From an uncultured Enterobacteriaceae bacterium (GTDB taxonomy: Bacteria; Myxococcota_A; UBA9042), in contig CAYTLW010000007.1 in NCBI GenBank assembly GCA_964438735.1, forward strand, positions 8,594-72,593: DNA of 64,000 nucleotides, given 5' to 3'. Positions 10,755 through 20,106 of this stretch are shown in pieces (within the stretch, counting starts at the first letter, position 1; every line of letters begins with the position of its first letter). A program made the position numbers and the translations under genes. The notes under the pieces were generated by a model, which saw only the letters and a program-made list of their open reading frames with translations, was not told where the DNA came from and searched no databases.

Positions 10755-11233
10755 CCGCCGAACTCCGCGCCGTCATCGCCGAGTTGCTGGACCTCGACGC
10801 CGACGCGGTCACCGACTTCGGTCTGCTCGTGCCCGCCGACAGTCACCTGGCGCTGGCAGAGACGCTCCAGACGCATGGCTACACCGCCTACGTCACCGTC
10901 GTGGCGACCCACTTCCCGCAGGCCAAGGCGACCAAGAAGAACCCCGAACCCGATCCCGCTTGCATCGAGGTGGCGACAGTGCTCCGCCGTCCTGCAAAGG
11001 GCACCTCGCTGACATTCAGCTGGCGCGTCCGCGTGCCCGAGGACGGCGCGGTCGACTCCCTGGTCGCCCTCTTCGCCGGCGCCGACTGGCAGGAACGCGA
11101 ACAATTCGACCTGGTCGGCGTGGGATTCGACGGCCACCCCGACCTGCGCCGCTTGATGATGCCGGACGACTGGCCCGGCCACCCCCTGCGACGCGATTAC
11201 GCCATCGAAACGGCGCATCACCCCTGGCGTTGA
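10751..11233 (+). CDS. nuoC: NADH-quinone oxidoreductase subunit C (30 kDa)
   Basis: NuoC-family sequence (...DLVGVGFDGHPDLRRLMMPDDWPGHPLRRDY). ATGA overlap with the nuoB stop. Separate from nuoD, not fused. Confidence 0.85.
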   Translation: MTAELRAVIAELLDLDADAVTDFGLLVPADSHLALAETLQTHGYTAYVTVVATHFPQAKATKKNPEPDPACIEVATVLRRPAKGTSLTFSWRVRVPEDGAVDSLVALFAGADWQEREQFDLVGVGFDGHPDLRRLMMPDDWPGHPLRRDYAIETAHHPWR

Positions 11234-11257
11234 GCCATCAACGGAGCCCTCACACCC

Positions 11258-12454
11258 ATGTCCAGCCTCGCCCAGACCACTCCAGCGCCGGTTCGAATCG
11301 ATCCGCATCTGGATCTGAGCGATTACGAGGCGGACGCCGACCTGATGGTGCTCAACCTGGGGCCCCAGCATCCCAGCACCCACGGCGTGTTTCGGGTCAA
11401 GCTGGTCCTCGACGGCGAGATCATCATCAAGGCTGTGGGCTACCCCGGCTACCTGCATCGCGGCGTCGAGAAGCTCTGCGAGAAGCTGAACTACTCCAAC
11501 CTGACGCCCATCTTCGACAAGAACGACTACCTCGCGCCGCTGATCAACGAGCAAGCCGTGAACATGGCCATCGAGCAGCTGGCCGGCATCGAGGTGCCGC
11601 GTCGCGGACGGTGGCTGCGTACGCTGCTGGCCGAGCTGCAACGTATCGCTTCGCATCTGGTGGCCCTGGGTACCTTCACCCTGGATGTGGGCGGCGCCAT
11701 CGGCGGCGGTTCGACGTTGTTCTTGTGGTGCTTCCGCGACAGGGAGTTGTTGCTGGATCTTTTCGAGCAGCTGACCGGCTGCCGCTTCCACTACAACACC
11801 ACCTGTGTCGGCGGCCAGCGACATGATGTGCCAGCCGGTTGGGATGCCGGCGTGCTGGCGGCCCTGGAACAGATCGAGCGGGGGCTGCTGGAGCTCGACA
11901 GCTTCATGGTCGACAACCCCATCTTCATCGACCGCACCCGCGGCGTCGGCGTGCTCGACCACGACCTGGCGCTGCAATTGGGTGTGCACGGACCCATCGG
12001 TCGGGCCTCTGGGGTGGACTTGGACCTGCGCCGCGACGCGCCCTACCACTGCTACGACGAGCTCGAGGTGCCGGTGCCGGTGCGCACCGCGGGGGACGTC
12101 GAAGCCCGCTTCCAGGTCCGCCTGGCCGAGACACGCGCGAGCATCGGCCTGGTGCGCCAGCTGGTGCAGGGCATTCCCGAGGGTCCGATCAACGCCGGCA
12201 AGCCCAATACCGGCCCGACGACCATCAAGATCAAGGGCGGCAGCTGCTACGTCGGCGTCGAAAGCCCACGCGGTGAGCTGGGTACCTACCTGGTCGCCAG
12301 CCCCAAGGGGCCCAACCCCTGGCGCCTGAAGATCCGCCCGCCGAGCCTGCACGCCGTCGCCGCCATCCCGTGGCTGCTGCCTGGGCATAACCTGAGCGAT
12401 GCCGTCGCCATTCTGGGCTCCTTGGATCCGGTCATGGGCGAGGTGGACCGATGA
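11258..12454 (+). CDS. nuoD: NADH-quinone oxidoreductase subunit D (49 kDa)
   Basis: NuoD motifs (LNLGPQHPSTHGVFR..., C-terminal ...LPGHNLSDAVAILGSLDPVMGEVDR). Confidence 0.95.
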   Translation: MSSLAQTTPAPVRIDPHLDLSDYEADADLMVLNLGPQHPSTHGVFRVKLVLDGEIIIKAVGYPGYLHRGVEKLCEKLNYSNLTPIFDKNDYLAPLINEQAVNMAIEQLAGIEVPRRGRWLRTLLAELQRIASHLVALGTFTLDVGGAIGGGSTLFLWCFRDRELLLDLFEQLTGCRFHYNTTCVGGQRHDVPAGWDAGVLAALEQIERGLLELDSFMVDNPIFIDRTRGVGVLDHDLALQLGVHGPIGRASGVDLDLRRDAPYHCYDELEVPVPVRTAGDVEARFQVRLAETRASIGLVRQLVQGIPEGPINAGKPNTGPTTIKIKGGSCYVGVESPRGELGTYLVASPKGPNPWRLKIRPPSLHAVAAIPWLLPGHNLSDAVAILGSLDPVMGEVDR

Positions 12455-13479
12455 GCGCCTGGCTGGCCGAGAACGCCTGGGCGCGGGGTGGTCTGATCGG
12501 GCTGGCACTGGTCACGGTGGTCATGGCGGTCAGCGCGTGGTCGATCTGGTTCGAGCGCAAGTTCGCTGGCCGAATGCAGAACCGCCTCGGCCCGGTCTTC
12601 GTCGGCCCCTTCGGCCTGCTCCAGCCGCTGGCCGACGCCATCAAAATGCTGCGCAAGGAGATGCTGGTCCCGCGGGGCGCCGATCGCTTCCTGTTCATCA
12701 TCGCCCCGCCGCTGACGCTCTTCCTGGCCGTGGCAACGCTGGCGGTGGTGCCCCTGTCCGAAGACATCCTGGTGGCTGAGCTCGACATCGGCGTGCTGTG
12801 GGTGATGGCCTTTTCGGGCTTGCTGCTGCTGCCGACTTGGATCGCCGGCTGGGCCAGCAACAACAAGTACGCTCTCTTCGGCGCGATGCGCGCGGCCGCC
12901 CAGGGCATCTCCTACGAGGTGCCCATGCTGCTCTGCGCCCTCGTGCCCGTCATCATGGCCGAGTCGCTATCGCTGTCAGACATCGTGGCCTACCAGGCCG
13001 AACATGGCTGGCTGCTGTGGTGGCCGCCCGGTCCCGGGCTGGTGGCCTTCGTCATCTTCTTTCTGGCCAGCCTGGCCGAGGCCAATCGCATCCCCTTTGA
13101 CATTCCGGAAGCCGAGTCCGAGCTCATCGCCGGCGTCTCGGTCGAGTACTCGGCCATGATGTACGGCCTCTTCCCCATGACCGAGTACGTGCACACGCTC
13201 ATCGCCAGCGCTGTGGCGTCGGCGCTCTTCCTGGGCGGCTGGGACGGACCCTTTGCGCCCGGCCTGCACTGGATGGTGCTCAAGACCCTGGCCCTGTTCG
13301 GCTTCATCTTCTGGCTGCGCTGGTCCCTGGTGCGCTTCCGCGCCGACCAGCTGATGCGCATCTGCTGGGTCTGGCTGGTGCCCATCTCCCTGCTGTGCGT
13401 CTGCGCGGCGGCGGCATTTGTCGGTTTCGGCTTCGATCCGCTGGCTGTGGATGCGTCGAGCGTTGGAGCGGCGCCGTGA
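12451..13479 (+). CDS. nuoH: NADH-quinone oxidoreductase subunit H (ND1)
   Basis: NuoH signature (...WFERKFAGRMQNRLGPVFVGPFGLLQPLADAIKMLRKE...). 8 TM segments. ATGA overlap with nuoD. Follows nuoD directly with no nuoEFG in between. Confidence 0.95.
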   Translation: MSAWLAENAWARGGLIGLALVTVVMAVSAWSIWFERKFAGRMQNRLGPVFVGPFGLLQPLADAIKMLRKEMLVPRGADRFLFIIAPPLTLFLAVATLAVVPLSEDILVAELDIGVLWVMAFSGLLLLPTWIAGWASNNKYALFGAMRAAAQGISYEVPMLLCALVPVIMAESLSLSDIVAYQAEHGWLLWWPPGPGLVAFVIFFLASLAEANRIPFDIPEAESELIAGVSVEYSAMMYGLFPMTEYVHTLIASAVASALFLGGWDGPFAPGLHWMVLKTLALFGFIFWLRWSLVRFRADQLMRICWVWLVPISLLCVCAAAAFVGFGFDPLAVDASSVGAAP

Positions 13480-14150
13480 GGTATTTCACCTACACCCTGC
13501 GCTCCCTGGGCGTGACCCTGAAGAACCTCTTCAAGCCGCCGACCACCGAGTCTTTCGGCCGCCCCGAGCCGGATCGCGGCGAGCGCTTCCGAACCAGCTT
13601 CGCGCTGCTCTACGAAGACAAGGTCGCCGACGAGGCCGGCGAGATCGTGCCCGGACGTGGCGACGAATGCTGCATCGCATGCCGCAAATGCGAGATGATC
13701 TGCCCCTCGGACATCATCACGGTCAGCGCTGGCGACAAGGCCGTCTCGGCCATCACCGGCAAGAAACGTGGCTACCTCTCCGACTTCACGCTCGACCTGA
13801 GCGCCTGCATCTTCTGCGAGCTCTGCGTGCAGGTCTGCCCGGTGGACGCCATCGTCATGTGCCGCGAGCACGAGCAGCCCGTCTTCTCCCGCGAGGACCT
13901 GCTGCTGACCCACGCCCGCCTCTATGACAACGGCCTGAACAAACCACTGAGTTGGGGCACCGGCACCAAGCTGGTGGACATGCAGGACGTCAACCGCCTC
14001 AGCCCGGCCCAGGAAGCGGCCAAAGCCGAGGCCCAAGCAGCCGCTGAGGCCGCAGCAAGCGCCAAAGCGGCCGCCGAGGCCGCAGTAAACGCCGAAGCGA
14101 CCGCCAGCGCCGAAGCGATCGCCAACGCCGACGAGGAGGTGCCGTCGTGA
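13476..14150 (+). CDS. nuoI: NADH-quinone oxidoreductase subunit I (2x[4Fe-4S] ferredoxin) with Ala/Glu-rich C-terminal tail
   Basis: Two CxxCxxCxxxCP motifs (CIACRKCEMICP, CIFCELCVQVCP). GTG 13476 overlaps the nuoH stop (GTGA). Low-complexity tail AQEAAKAEAQAAAEAAASAKAAAEAAVNAEATASAEAIANADEE. Confidence 0.9.
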   Translation: MRYFTYTLRSLGVTLKNLFKPPTTESFGRPEPDRGERFRTSFALLYEDKVADEAGEIVPGRGDECCIACRKCEMICPSDIITVSAGDKAVSAITGKKRGYLSDFTLDLSACIFCELCVQVCPVDAIVMCREHEQPVFSREDLLLTHARLYDNGLNKPLSWGTGTKLVDMQDVNRLSPAQEAAKAEAQAAAEAAASAKAAAEAAVNAEATASAEAIANADEEVPS

Positions 14151-14638
14151 TGCTGCACCTGGTATTCGGCATCATCGCCGCGGCCACCCTGGGCTGCGGA
14201 CTGATGGCCGTCACCTCGCGTCGCCTGGTGCACTCGGTGCTCTGGCTGGCCATGGTGCTCGTCGCGACCGCGGCCCTGTACGTGCTGCTGGACGCCACCT
14301 TCATCGCCGCCATTCAGGTGATCCTGTACGCCGGCGGCGTCATCACTCTGATGCTCTTCGGCGTCATGTTGACCGAACAGGGAGCAGAACCGGGCGTGCC
14401 CAATCCGAGCCATCGGGGAATCGCCGGCGGCACCTTCGCCGTCGTGGTCTTCGGCATTCTGGCGACGGCCATCCACCGCGCTGATCCCGGTCAATTGACC
14501 CTGGGTCGTGGCGCCAGCACCCGAGAGATCGGCCGCGCCCTGCTGCTCGACCACCTGCTGGCGTTCGAAGCGCTCAGCCTGCTGCTGCTGGCGGCCATGA
14601 TCGGCGCCATCGTGCTCGCACGCAGGAGGGATCCATGA
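14147..14638 (+). CDS. nuoJ: NADH-quinone oxidoreductase subunit J (ND6)
   Basis: 163-aa 5-TM protein of the NuoJ family. Start (GTG 14147 / ATG 14150) overlaps the nuoI stop. Confidence 0.85.
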   Translation: MMLHLVFGIIAAATLGCGLMAVTSRRLVHSVLWLAMVLVATAALYVLLDATFIAAIQVILYAGGVITLMLFGVMLTEQGAEPGVPNPSHRGIAGGTFAVVVFGILATAIHRADPGQLTLGRGASTREIGRALLLDHLLAFEALSLLLLAAMIGAIVLARRRDP

Positions 14639-14937
14639 TCCCGCTGGGCTACTGCCTGCTGCTTGGCGCCGCGCTCTTCGCCACCGGCTTGTTCGGTGTC
14701 ATGACGCGTCGCAACGCCATCGGCGTGCTCATCGCCATCGAACTGATGGCCAACGCCGTCAACATCAACCTCATCGCCTTCGGGCGCTTGCACGGCGGCG
14801 TCGCCGGGCAGGTCTTCACCCTCTTCACCATCGCGATGACCGTCGCCGAGGTCGCCATCGGCCTTGCCATCGTGATCCTCCTGTACCGCTCGCGCAAAGC
14901 CGTGTTGCACGAGACCGCTTCGGATATGCACGGCTAG
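14635..14937 (+). CDS. nuoK: NADH-quinone oxidoreductase subunit K (ND4L)
   Basis: 100-aa 3-TM protein with the conserved Glu residues (...[18 protein letters not shown]...[15 protein letters not shown]). ATGA overlap with nuoJ. Confidence 0.9.
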   Translation: MIPLGYCLLLGAALFATGLFGVMTRRNAIGVLIAIELMANAVNINLIAFGRLHGGVAGQVFTLFTIAMTVAEVAIGLAIVILLYRSRKAVLHETASDMHG

Positions 14938-15126
14938 ATGCACTCGACTGAGATGACAAACCGTTCAGAACGCCGATCTGGCTGCGCCATGCGGCCCCGC
15001 CAGCCTCTTGAAATAGCGCTACTATTCCTGCGGTCTGGCGAGACCACCTGGCTTGCACCTCGACGCCCTGAACGGCTCGCCACTTGCGCCGAGCACATCT
15101 AGAGACTCCGGAGCGCCACCCCGACC

Positions 15127-16941
15127 ATGACTCACACGACCCTGGCCACGCTGGTGCTGATGCTGCCCCTTGGGGCGGCTGCGCTGTTGTTGCTGGTGCC
15201 GCCGCTGCGCCATCGGGGTCGGGTGGCGGCGGGTCTGTGCATCGCCGCCACGAGCGTTGCCCTGCTGGCCACGATCCCGCTGGCGCTGCACTATTGCGCC
15301 GGTGCGGAGCCGCTGACCCTGCGCTGGTCCTGGCTGCCTGCGGGCGGTGTCGCATTGGCCACCCTCGGGCTGCACCTGGATGCGGTGTCGACCTCCATGG
15401 CGGTGGTCGTGGCCCTGGTAGCCCTGTGCGTTCAGGTCTACTCCACCGGCTACCTGGCCGCGGAGCCGGGCCGCGATCGTGGTCGCTACTTCGCCTGGCA
15501 GGCCCTCTTCGCCTTCGCCATGTTGGGCGTGGTGCTGGCGCCAAACCTGTTGCAACTCTTCATCTGCTGGGAACTGGTGGGCCTGCTCTCGTACCTGCTC
15601 ATCGGCTACTACTGGACCCGTCCAGCCGCCGCCCGCGCCGCCGTCAAGGCGTTCTGGGTGACCAAGTTCGCCGATATCGGCCTCGTCCTGGGCCTGATGG
15701 TGCTCTACCAGCGCACCGGCAGCTTCGACTGGCAGACCACCCTGATCGCGGGCGAGGCCACCGCCATCGCCGGCCTGATGTTCATCGCCGTGATGGGCAA
15801 GTCGGCCCAATTCCCGCTGCACATCTGGTTGCCAGACGCCATGGAAGGCCCGACCCCGGTCTCCGCCCTGCTGCACGCGGCCACCATGGTCGCCGCCGGT
15901 GTCTACCTGGTGGTCCGCGCCTGGCCGATCTTCGTCGCCGCGCCCGATGTGCTGCTCTTCATGTGCTGGCTGGGCGCCTTCACCGCCCTGTTTGCGGCCG
16001 TGGTGGCCTGCTTTCAGGACGACATCAAGAAGGTACTGGCCTACTCCACCTGTTCGCAGTTGGGTTACATGATCGCCGCCTTGGGCGCCGGCTCCATGAT
16101 CGGCGGCTACCTGCACCTGACGACCCACGCCGCCTTCAAGGCGCTGCTCTTCCTGGGCGCGGGTTCGGTCATCCACGCCGTGCACAGCAACAACATCCGC
16201 CAGATGGGCGGCCTGTGGTCATCCATGAAGCCGACAGCGGTGCTGTTCATCATCGGCTCCCTGGCGCTCGCCGGCGTGCCCCCCTTGTCGGGCTTCGTCT
16301 CCAAGGATTTGATCCTCGAGGAGCTGCTGGCCGCCGGACAGTGGGGGCCCCTGGTGTTCGCCCTGTTGGCCGCGCTGCTGACCGCCTTCTACATGACCCG
16401 CGTCGTCTTGCTGACCTTCTTCGGCGGGCCCTCGGAAGCGGCCGAATCTGCCCACGAGAGTCCGTCGTCCATGCTGGGTCCCATGGCCGTGCTGGCCATC
16501 GCGGCGGTGCTCGGCGGCTTGTTGCTCCCGGTCTACGGCGCCATGGCAGGTGTCGAAGCTGGTTTCCATCTCTCCGCCATCGGTGCCACGGCGACCTGTC
16601 TGGGCCTGGCTGGCATCGCGGCTGGCTGGTGGTTGTATGCGCCGGCGCGTCGCGATCGGCCGCCTCATGCCCTGGCTGAGCGCTTGCGGGCCATCGTCAC
16701 ATCGGCCGCAGTCGATCGCAGCGCGGAGTTCGTCTACCGACGTGTGCTGAACCGCCTGTCGGCCGGTATCGGTTGGTTCGATCGCTTCATCATCGACGGC
16801 CTCATCAACGTGAGCGGCTGGGCTGTGCTGCGCGGCGCCGAGGTGGCCCGACGAGCGCAGACCGGACGCGTTGGCGACTATGTCTACGCCGTCGTCATCG
16901 GCCTCATCCTGCTGGCCGCCGCGGGGGTGTTCGCACCATGA
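15127..16941 (+). CDS. nuoL: NADH-quinone oxidoreductase subunit L (ND5)
   Basis: 604-aa antiporter-like subunit (...FICWELVGLLSYLLIGYYW..., C-terminal long horizontal helix region). Preceded by an unusual 190-bp intergenic gap. Confidence 0.9.
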   Translation: MTHTTLATLVLMLPLGAAALLLLVPPLRHRGRVAAGLCIAATSVALLATIPLALHYCAGAEPLTLRWSWLPAGGVALATLGLHLDAVSTSMAVVVALVALCVQVYSTGYLAAEPGRDRGRYFAWQALFAFAMLGVVLAPNLLQLFICWELVGLLSYLLIGYYWTRPAAARAAVKAFWVTKFADIGLVLGLMVLYQRTGSFDWQTTLIAGEATAIAGLMFIAVMGKSAQFPLHIWLPDAMEGPTPVSALLHAATMVAAGVYLVVRAWPIFVAAPDVLLFMCWLGAFTALFAAVVACFQDDIKKVLAYSTCSQLGYMIAALGAGSMIGGYLHLTTHAAFKALLFLGAGSVIHAVHSNNIRQMGGLWSSMKPTAVLFIIGSLALAGVPPLSGFVSKDLILEELLAAGQWGPLVFALLAALLTAFYMTRVVLLTFFGGPSEAAESAHESPSSMLGPMAVLAIAAVLGGLLLPVYGAMAGVEAGFHLSAIGATATCLGLAGIAAGWWLYAPARRDRPPHALAERLRAIVTSAAVDRSAEFVYRRVLNRLSAGIGWFDRFIIDGLINVSGWAVLRGAEVARRAQTGRVGDYVYAVVIGLILLAAAGVFAP

Positions 16942-18497
16942 TCCCCGCCGGCACCCCGATCCTGGAGATCATCGTGGCCGCGCCCTTTGTGGCCGCCTTG
17001 CTGATCATGGTGCTGCCCGAGGCCCGGCGCGGCCTCATCCGCGCCACAGCCGGGGTGGGCGCGGCCGTCTCCCTGCTGGGCGCCATCGCGGTCGTCGCCG
17101 CCTACGACCACCACACCGGCGGTATCCAATTCGTCGCCTCCTACGCCATGGTGCCGGACCTGGGCATCTCGCTGGAGCTCGGGGTCGATGGCTGGGGCGT
17201 CAGCCTGTTGCTGCTGACCGGCTTGATCATCTTCGCCGGCGTCTTCGCCACCTGGACCGAGCCCCGCCGGGTGCGCGAGTTCTACGCCATGTTGCTGGTC
17301 CTGGTCACGGGCGTCTTCGGCGTCTTCGTCTGCCTGGATCTCTTCGTCTTCTTCCTCTTCTACGAGATCGCCGTGCTGCCGATGTACCTGCTCATCGGCA
17401 TCTGGGGCTCGTCGCACAAGGTCGCCGAAGCCGGCCCCTTCCGCTTCGTCTGGCGCCTGTTGCGCATTGGCGACAAGCAGTACGCGGCCATGAAGCTGAC
17501 CCTGATGCTGCTCATCGGCTCAGCCCTCATCGTCGCCGCCATGATGGCCATGTACTTCGAGGCCGGCGGGCAGAGCTTCGACCTGCGCCACCTGGGCAAT
17601 CACAAGTACAGCCTGGGTATGCAGATGTGGGCCTTCCCTGCTCTGTGGATCGGCTTCGGAACCCTGGCCGGTGTCTGGCCCTTCCACACCTGGTCGCCCG
17701 ACGGCCACGCCGCGGCGCCGACGGCCGTGTCCATGCTGCACGCGGGCGTACTCATGAAGCTGGGCGCCTTCGGCATCATGCGCATTGGCATGATGATGCT
17801 GCCGGAGGGCGCCCGCGAGTGGGCCTGGGTGGTCGGCTCCGTGGCCGCGGTGAACATCCTCTATGGCGCCTTCGCCGCCATGGCCCAGCGCGACATGAAG
17901 TACATCGTCGCCTACTCGTCCGTCTCGCACATGGGCGTGGTCCTGCTGGGCGCAGCGGCGATGACGGTCAGCGGCTGGAATGGCGCGGTCTTCCAGATGT
18001 TCGCCCACGGCCTGATGACCGGCCTCTTCTTCGCCCTGGTCGGCCTGCTCTACGATCGCGCCGACCACACCCGCCACATCCCCGACTTCGGCGGTTTCGC
18101 CCGCAAGATGCCCTTCGTGGCCGCGTTCTTCACCCTGGCCTGCCTCAGCTCGCTGGGCCTGCCCGGACTGGCCGGCTTCGTGGCCGAGTTCCTCGCCTTC
18201 CTGGGCGCCTGGCAGAGCCCACAAGCCTGGTGGGCGGTCGTCGGTCTGGCCGGCGCCTGGGTGACCGCCATCTACGTGCTGCGGGCCTGCAAGATGATCT
18301 TCTGGGGACCCGGCCCGGACGAGCGCTGGAAGAACCTGGCTGATCCACGCGGCACCGAGTGGGTCTCATTGTGGCTGCTGGGCGGCGCCCTGCTCCTCTT
18401 CGGCTGCGCGCCCGGCCTGGTGCTGGACGCCATCGACTCGGCCACCAGCGACTACCTGCCCAAGGTCGCCGCCGCCGCCCTGGAGGTGTTGCGGTGA
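16938..18497 (+). CDS. nuoM: NADH-quinone oxidoreductase subunit M (ND4)
   Basis: Antiporter-like subunit (MIPAGTPILEIIVAAPFVAALLIMV...). ATGA overlap with the nuoL stop. The track ORF extends 165 nt upstream without support. Confidence 0.9.
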   Translation: MIPAGTPILEIIVAAPFVAALLIMVLPEARRGLIRATAGVGAAVSLLGAIAVVAAYDHHTGGIQFVASYAMVPDLGISLELGVDGWGVSLLLLTGLIIFAGVFATWTEPRRVREFYAMLLVLVTGVFGVFVCLDLFVFFLFYEIAVLPMYLLIGIWGSSHKVAEAGPFRFVWRLLRIGDKQYAAMKLTLMLLIGSALIVAAMMAMYFEAGGQSFDLRHLGNHKYSLGMQMWAFPALWIGFGTLAGVWPFHTWSPDGHAAAPTAVSMLHAGVLMKLGAFGIMRIGMMMLPEGAREWAWVVGSVAAVNILYGAFAAMAQRDMKYIVAYSSVSHMGVVLLGAAAMTVSGWNGAVFQMFAHGLMTGLFFALVGLLYDRADHTRHIPDFGGFARKMPFVAAFFTLACLSSLGLPGLAGFVAEFLAFLGAWQSPQAWWAVVGLAGAWVTAIYVLRACKMIFWGPGPDERWKNLADPRGTEWVSLWLLGGALLLFGCAPGLVLDAIDSATSDYLPKVAAAALEVLR

Positions 18498-20071
18498 GCC
18501 CGTTGCCCGCCGAGCTGCTGCAGGCCGCCTGGGTGGGCCTGGACGTCCTCGTCGTCCAGGTGATGCTGGCCCTGTCGGCCATCGGTCTGCTGCTGGCCGA
18601 CGTGATCCTGCCCCATGGCAACAAGCGCCTGCTGGGTTGGGCCGCCTTTGCGCAGCTTCTGCTCTGCTTTGTGGCCACCTTCTTCGTCGATCTGCACGGC
18701 ATGGCTTTCGCCGGCGCCTGGGTAGGCGATGGCCTGACCGTGATGTTGGTCCGCATCTTCCTGGCCGGGGGCGCGCTCGCCGTATTGGGCGGGCTGCACG
18801 CCGTCGAGCGTGATGCCGAGCGGCGCCAGGGCGAGTACTACCAGCTGTTGTTGATGAGCCTGCTGGGCATGACCCTGCTGGCCGGCGCCAGGGACCTCGT
18901 CCTGCTGCTGGTGGCCTTCGAGTTGATGAGCCTGCCGCTCTACGCCCTGGCCGCCTTCGCCCGCACCGGGCCACATGCTCATCGCGCCGGCCCCCTGCCC
19001 GGACTCTTCCTGCCGCCCTCCAGCCGCTGGACCCGCCCCGCCGAGGCCGGGCTGAAGCTCTTCCTGGTCGGCGCGGTCTCCTCGGCCATCGCCGCCTACG
19101 GTCTCAGCCTGATCTACGGCGCGGTCGGCTCGACACGTTTTGTCACCATCGCCGCCGCCGAGCCCGGGCCGCTGCTGGTCATCGGCGGCGCCATGGTCAT
19201 CGCCGGCGTGGGTTTCAAGGTCGGCGCTGCGCCCTTCCACATGTGGGTTCCGGACGTCTACCAGGGCGCGCGCACACCCCTGGTGGCATTCCTGAGCGTG
19301 GCGCCCAAGGCGGCGGGTCTGACCGCCATGCTGCAGCTGCTCCTGGGCCCCCTGTCCGGATTGCGCGCCGGCTGGCAGCCACTGCTCCTGCTGCTGATCC
19401 TGGCCAGCCTCTTCGTCGGCAACCTCATGGCCGTGCCACAGCAGAACGTCAAGCGCCTGCTGGGCTACTCGGGCGTCGCCCAGATGGGCTTCATGCTCCT
19501 GGCCCTGGTGGCCACCGGCCCATCCGTCGCCGTGGCCGGCCAGCCGTCCGAAGGTCTGGCGACATTGCTCTTCTTCCTGTGCGCCTACCTGATCTCCAAC
19601 ATGGGCATGTTCTTTGTCGTCGAGGCCATGGCCGCCGACCGCTATCCGGCCGGCGAGGTGCCCCCAGAGGCGGACGACGATGACGCCTTGACCACTTTCG
19701 CAGGTCTCGCCCGGCGCTCCCCCTGGCTGGGGCTCTGCGCACTGCTGTTCATCTTGAGCCTGGGCGGCATCCCCTTCGCTATCGGCTTCTGGGCCAAGCT
19801 CTATGTACTGCTGGCCGCCTGGCAGGCCGGCCTGTGGTGGCTGGTGATCGGCGCGGCCCTGCTCTCTGCGGCGGCCCTGTTCTATTACCTGCAGGTGGCG
19901 CGGGCGATCTACATGGCCGAGCCGACCAGCGACGCCCCGGTGCGCGTGGCCTGGCCCCTGACCCTGGTCATCGGCGTCTGTGCCTTCGGTGTGATGGCCG
20001 TGGGCCTCGTACCAGGACCCCTGATCGCCGCCGCCCGCGAGGCTGCAAAGTCGTTCCTCGGCGCAGGTTAG
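18494..20071 (+). CDS. nuoN: NADH-quinone oxidoreductase subunit N (ND2)
   Basis: Antiporter-like subunit. GTG 18494 overlaps the nuoM stop (GTGA). N-terminus VSPLPAELLQAAWVGLDVLVVQVMLALSAIGLLLADV... Confidence 0.85.
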   Translation: MSPLPAELLQAAWVGLDVLVVQVMLALSAIGLLLADVILPHGNKRLLGWAAFAQLLLCFVATFFVDLHGMAFAGAWVGDGLTVMLVRIFLAGGALAVLGGLHAVERDAERRQGEYYQLLLMSLLGMTLLAGARDLVLLLVAFELMSLPLYALAAFARTGPHAHRAGPLPGLFLPPSSRWTRPAEAGLKLFLVGAVSSAIAAYGLSLIYGAVGSTRFVTIAAAEPGPLLVIGGAMVIAGVGFKVGAAPFHMWVPDVYQGARTPLVAFLSVAPKAAGLTAMLQLLLGPLSGLRAGWQPLLLLLILASLFVGNLMAVPQQNVKRLLGYSGVAQMGFMLLALVATGPSVAVAGQPSEGLATLLFFLCAYLISNMGMFFVVEAMAADRYPAGEVPPEADDDDALTTFAGLARRSPWLGLCALLFILSLGGIPFAIGFWAKLYVLLAAWQAGLWWLVIGAALLSAAALFYYLQVARAIYMAEPTSDAPVRVAWPLTLVIGVCAFGVMAVGLVPGPLIAAAREAAKSFLGAG

Positions 20072-20106
20072 GCCCACACCGCCCGCGGGAGTCCTAACCT
20101 TGGCGC

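Noticed and set aside
10364-12508. 714-aa minus-strand ORF antisense to nuoB-nuoD. There are many similar long antisense ORFs elsewhere, for example 2071-3174, 18452-20161, 20068-21699, 25122-27314, 33987-35723, 37573-40095, 54278-56044 and 56399-58438.
   Set aside because: These are open frames produced by ~70% GC and stop-codon depletion. Translations are low-complexity Arg/Ala/Gly-rich with no start context, and each lies opposite a strongly supported gene.
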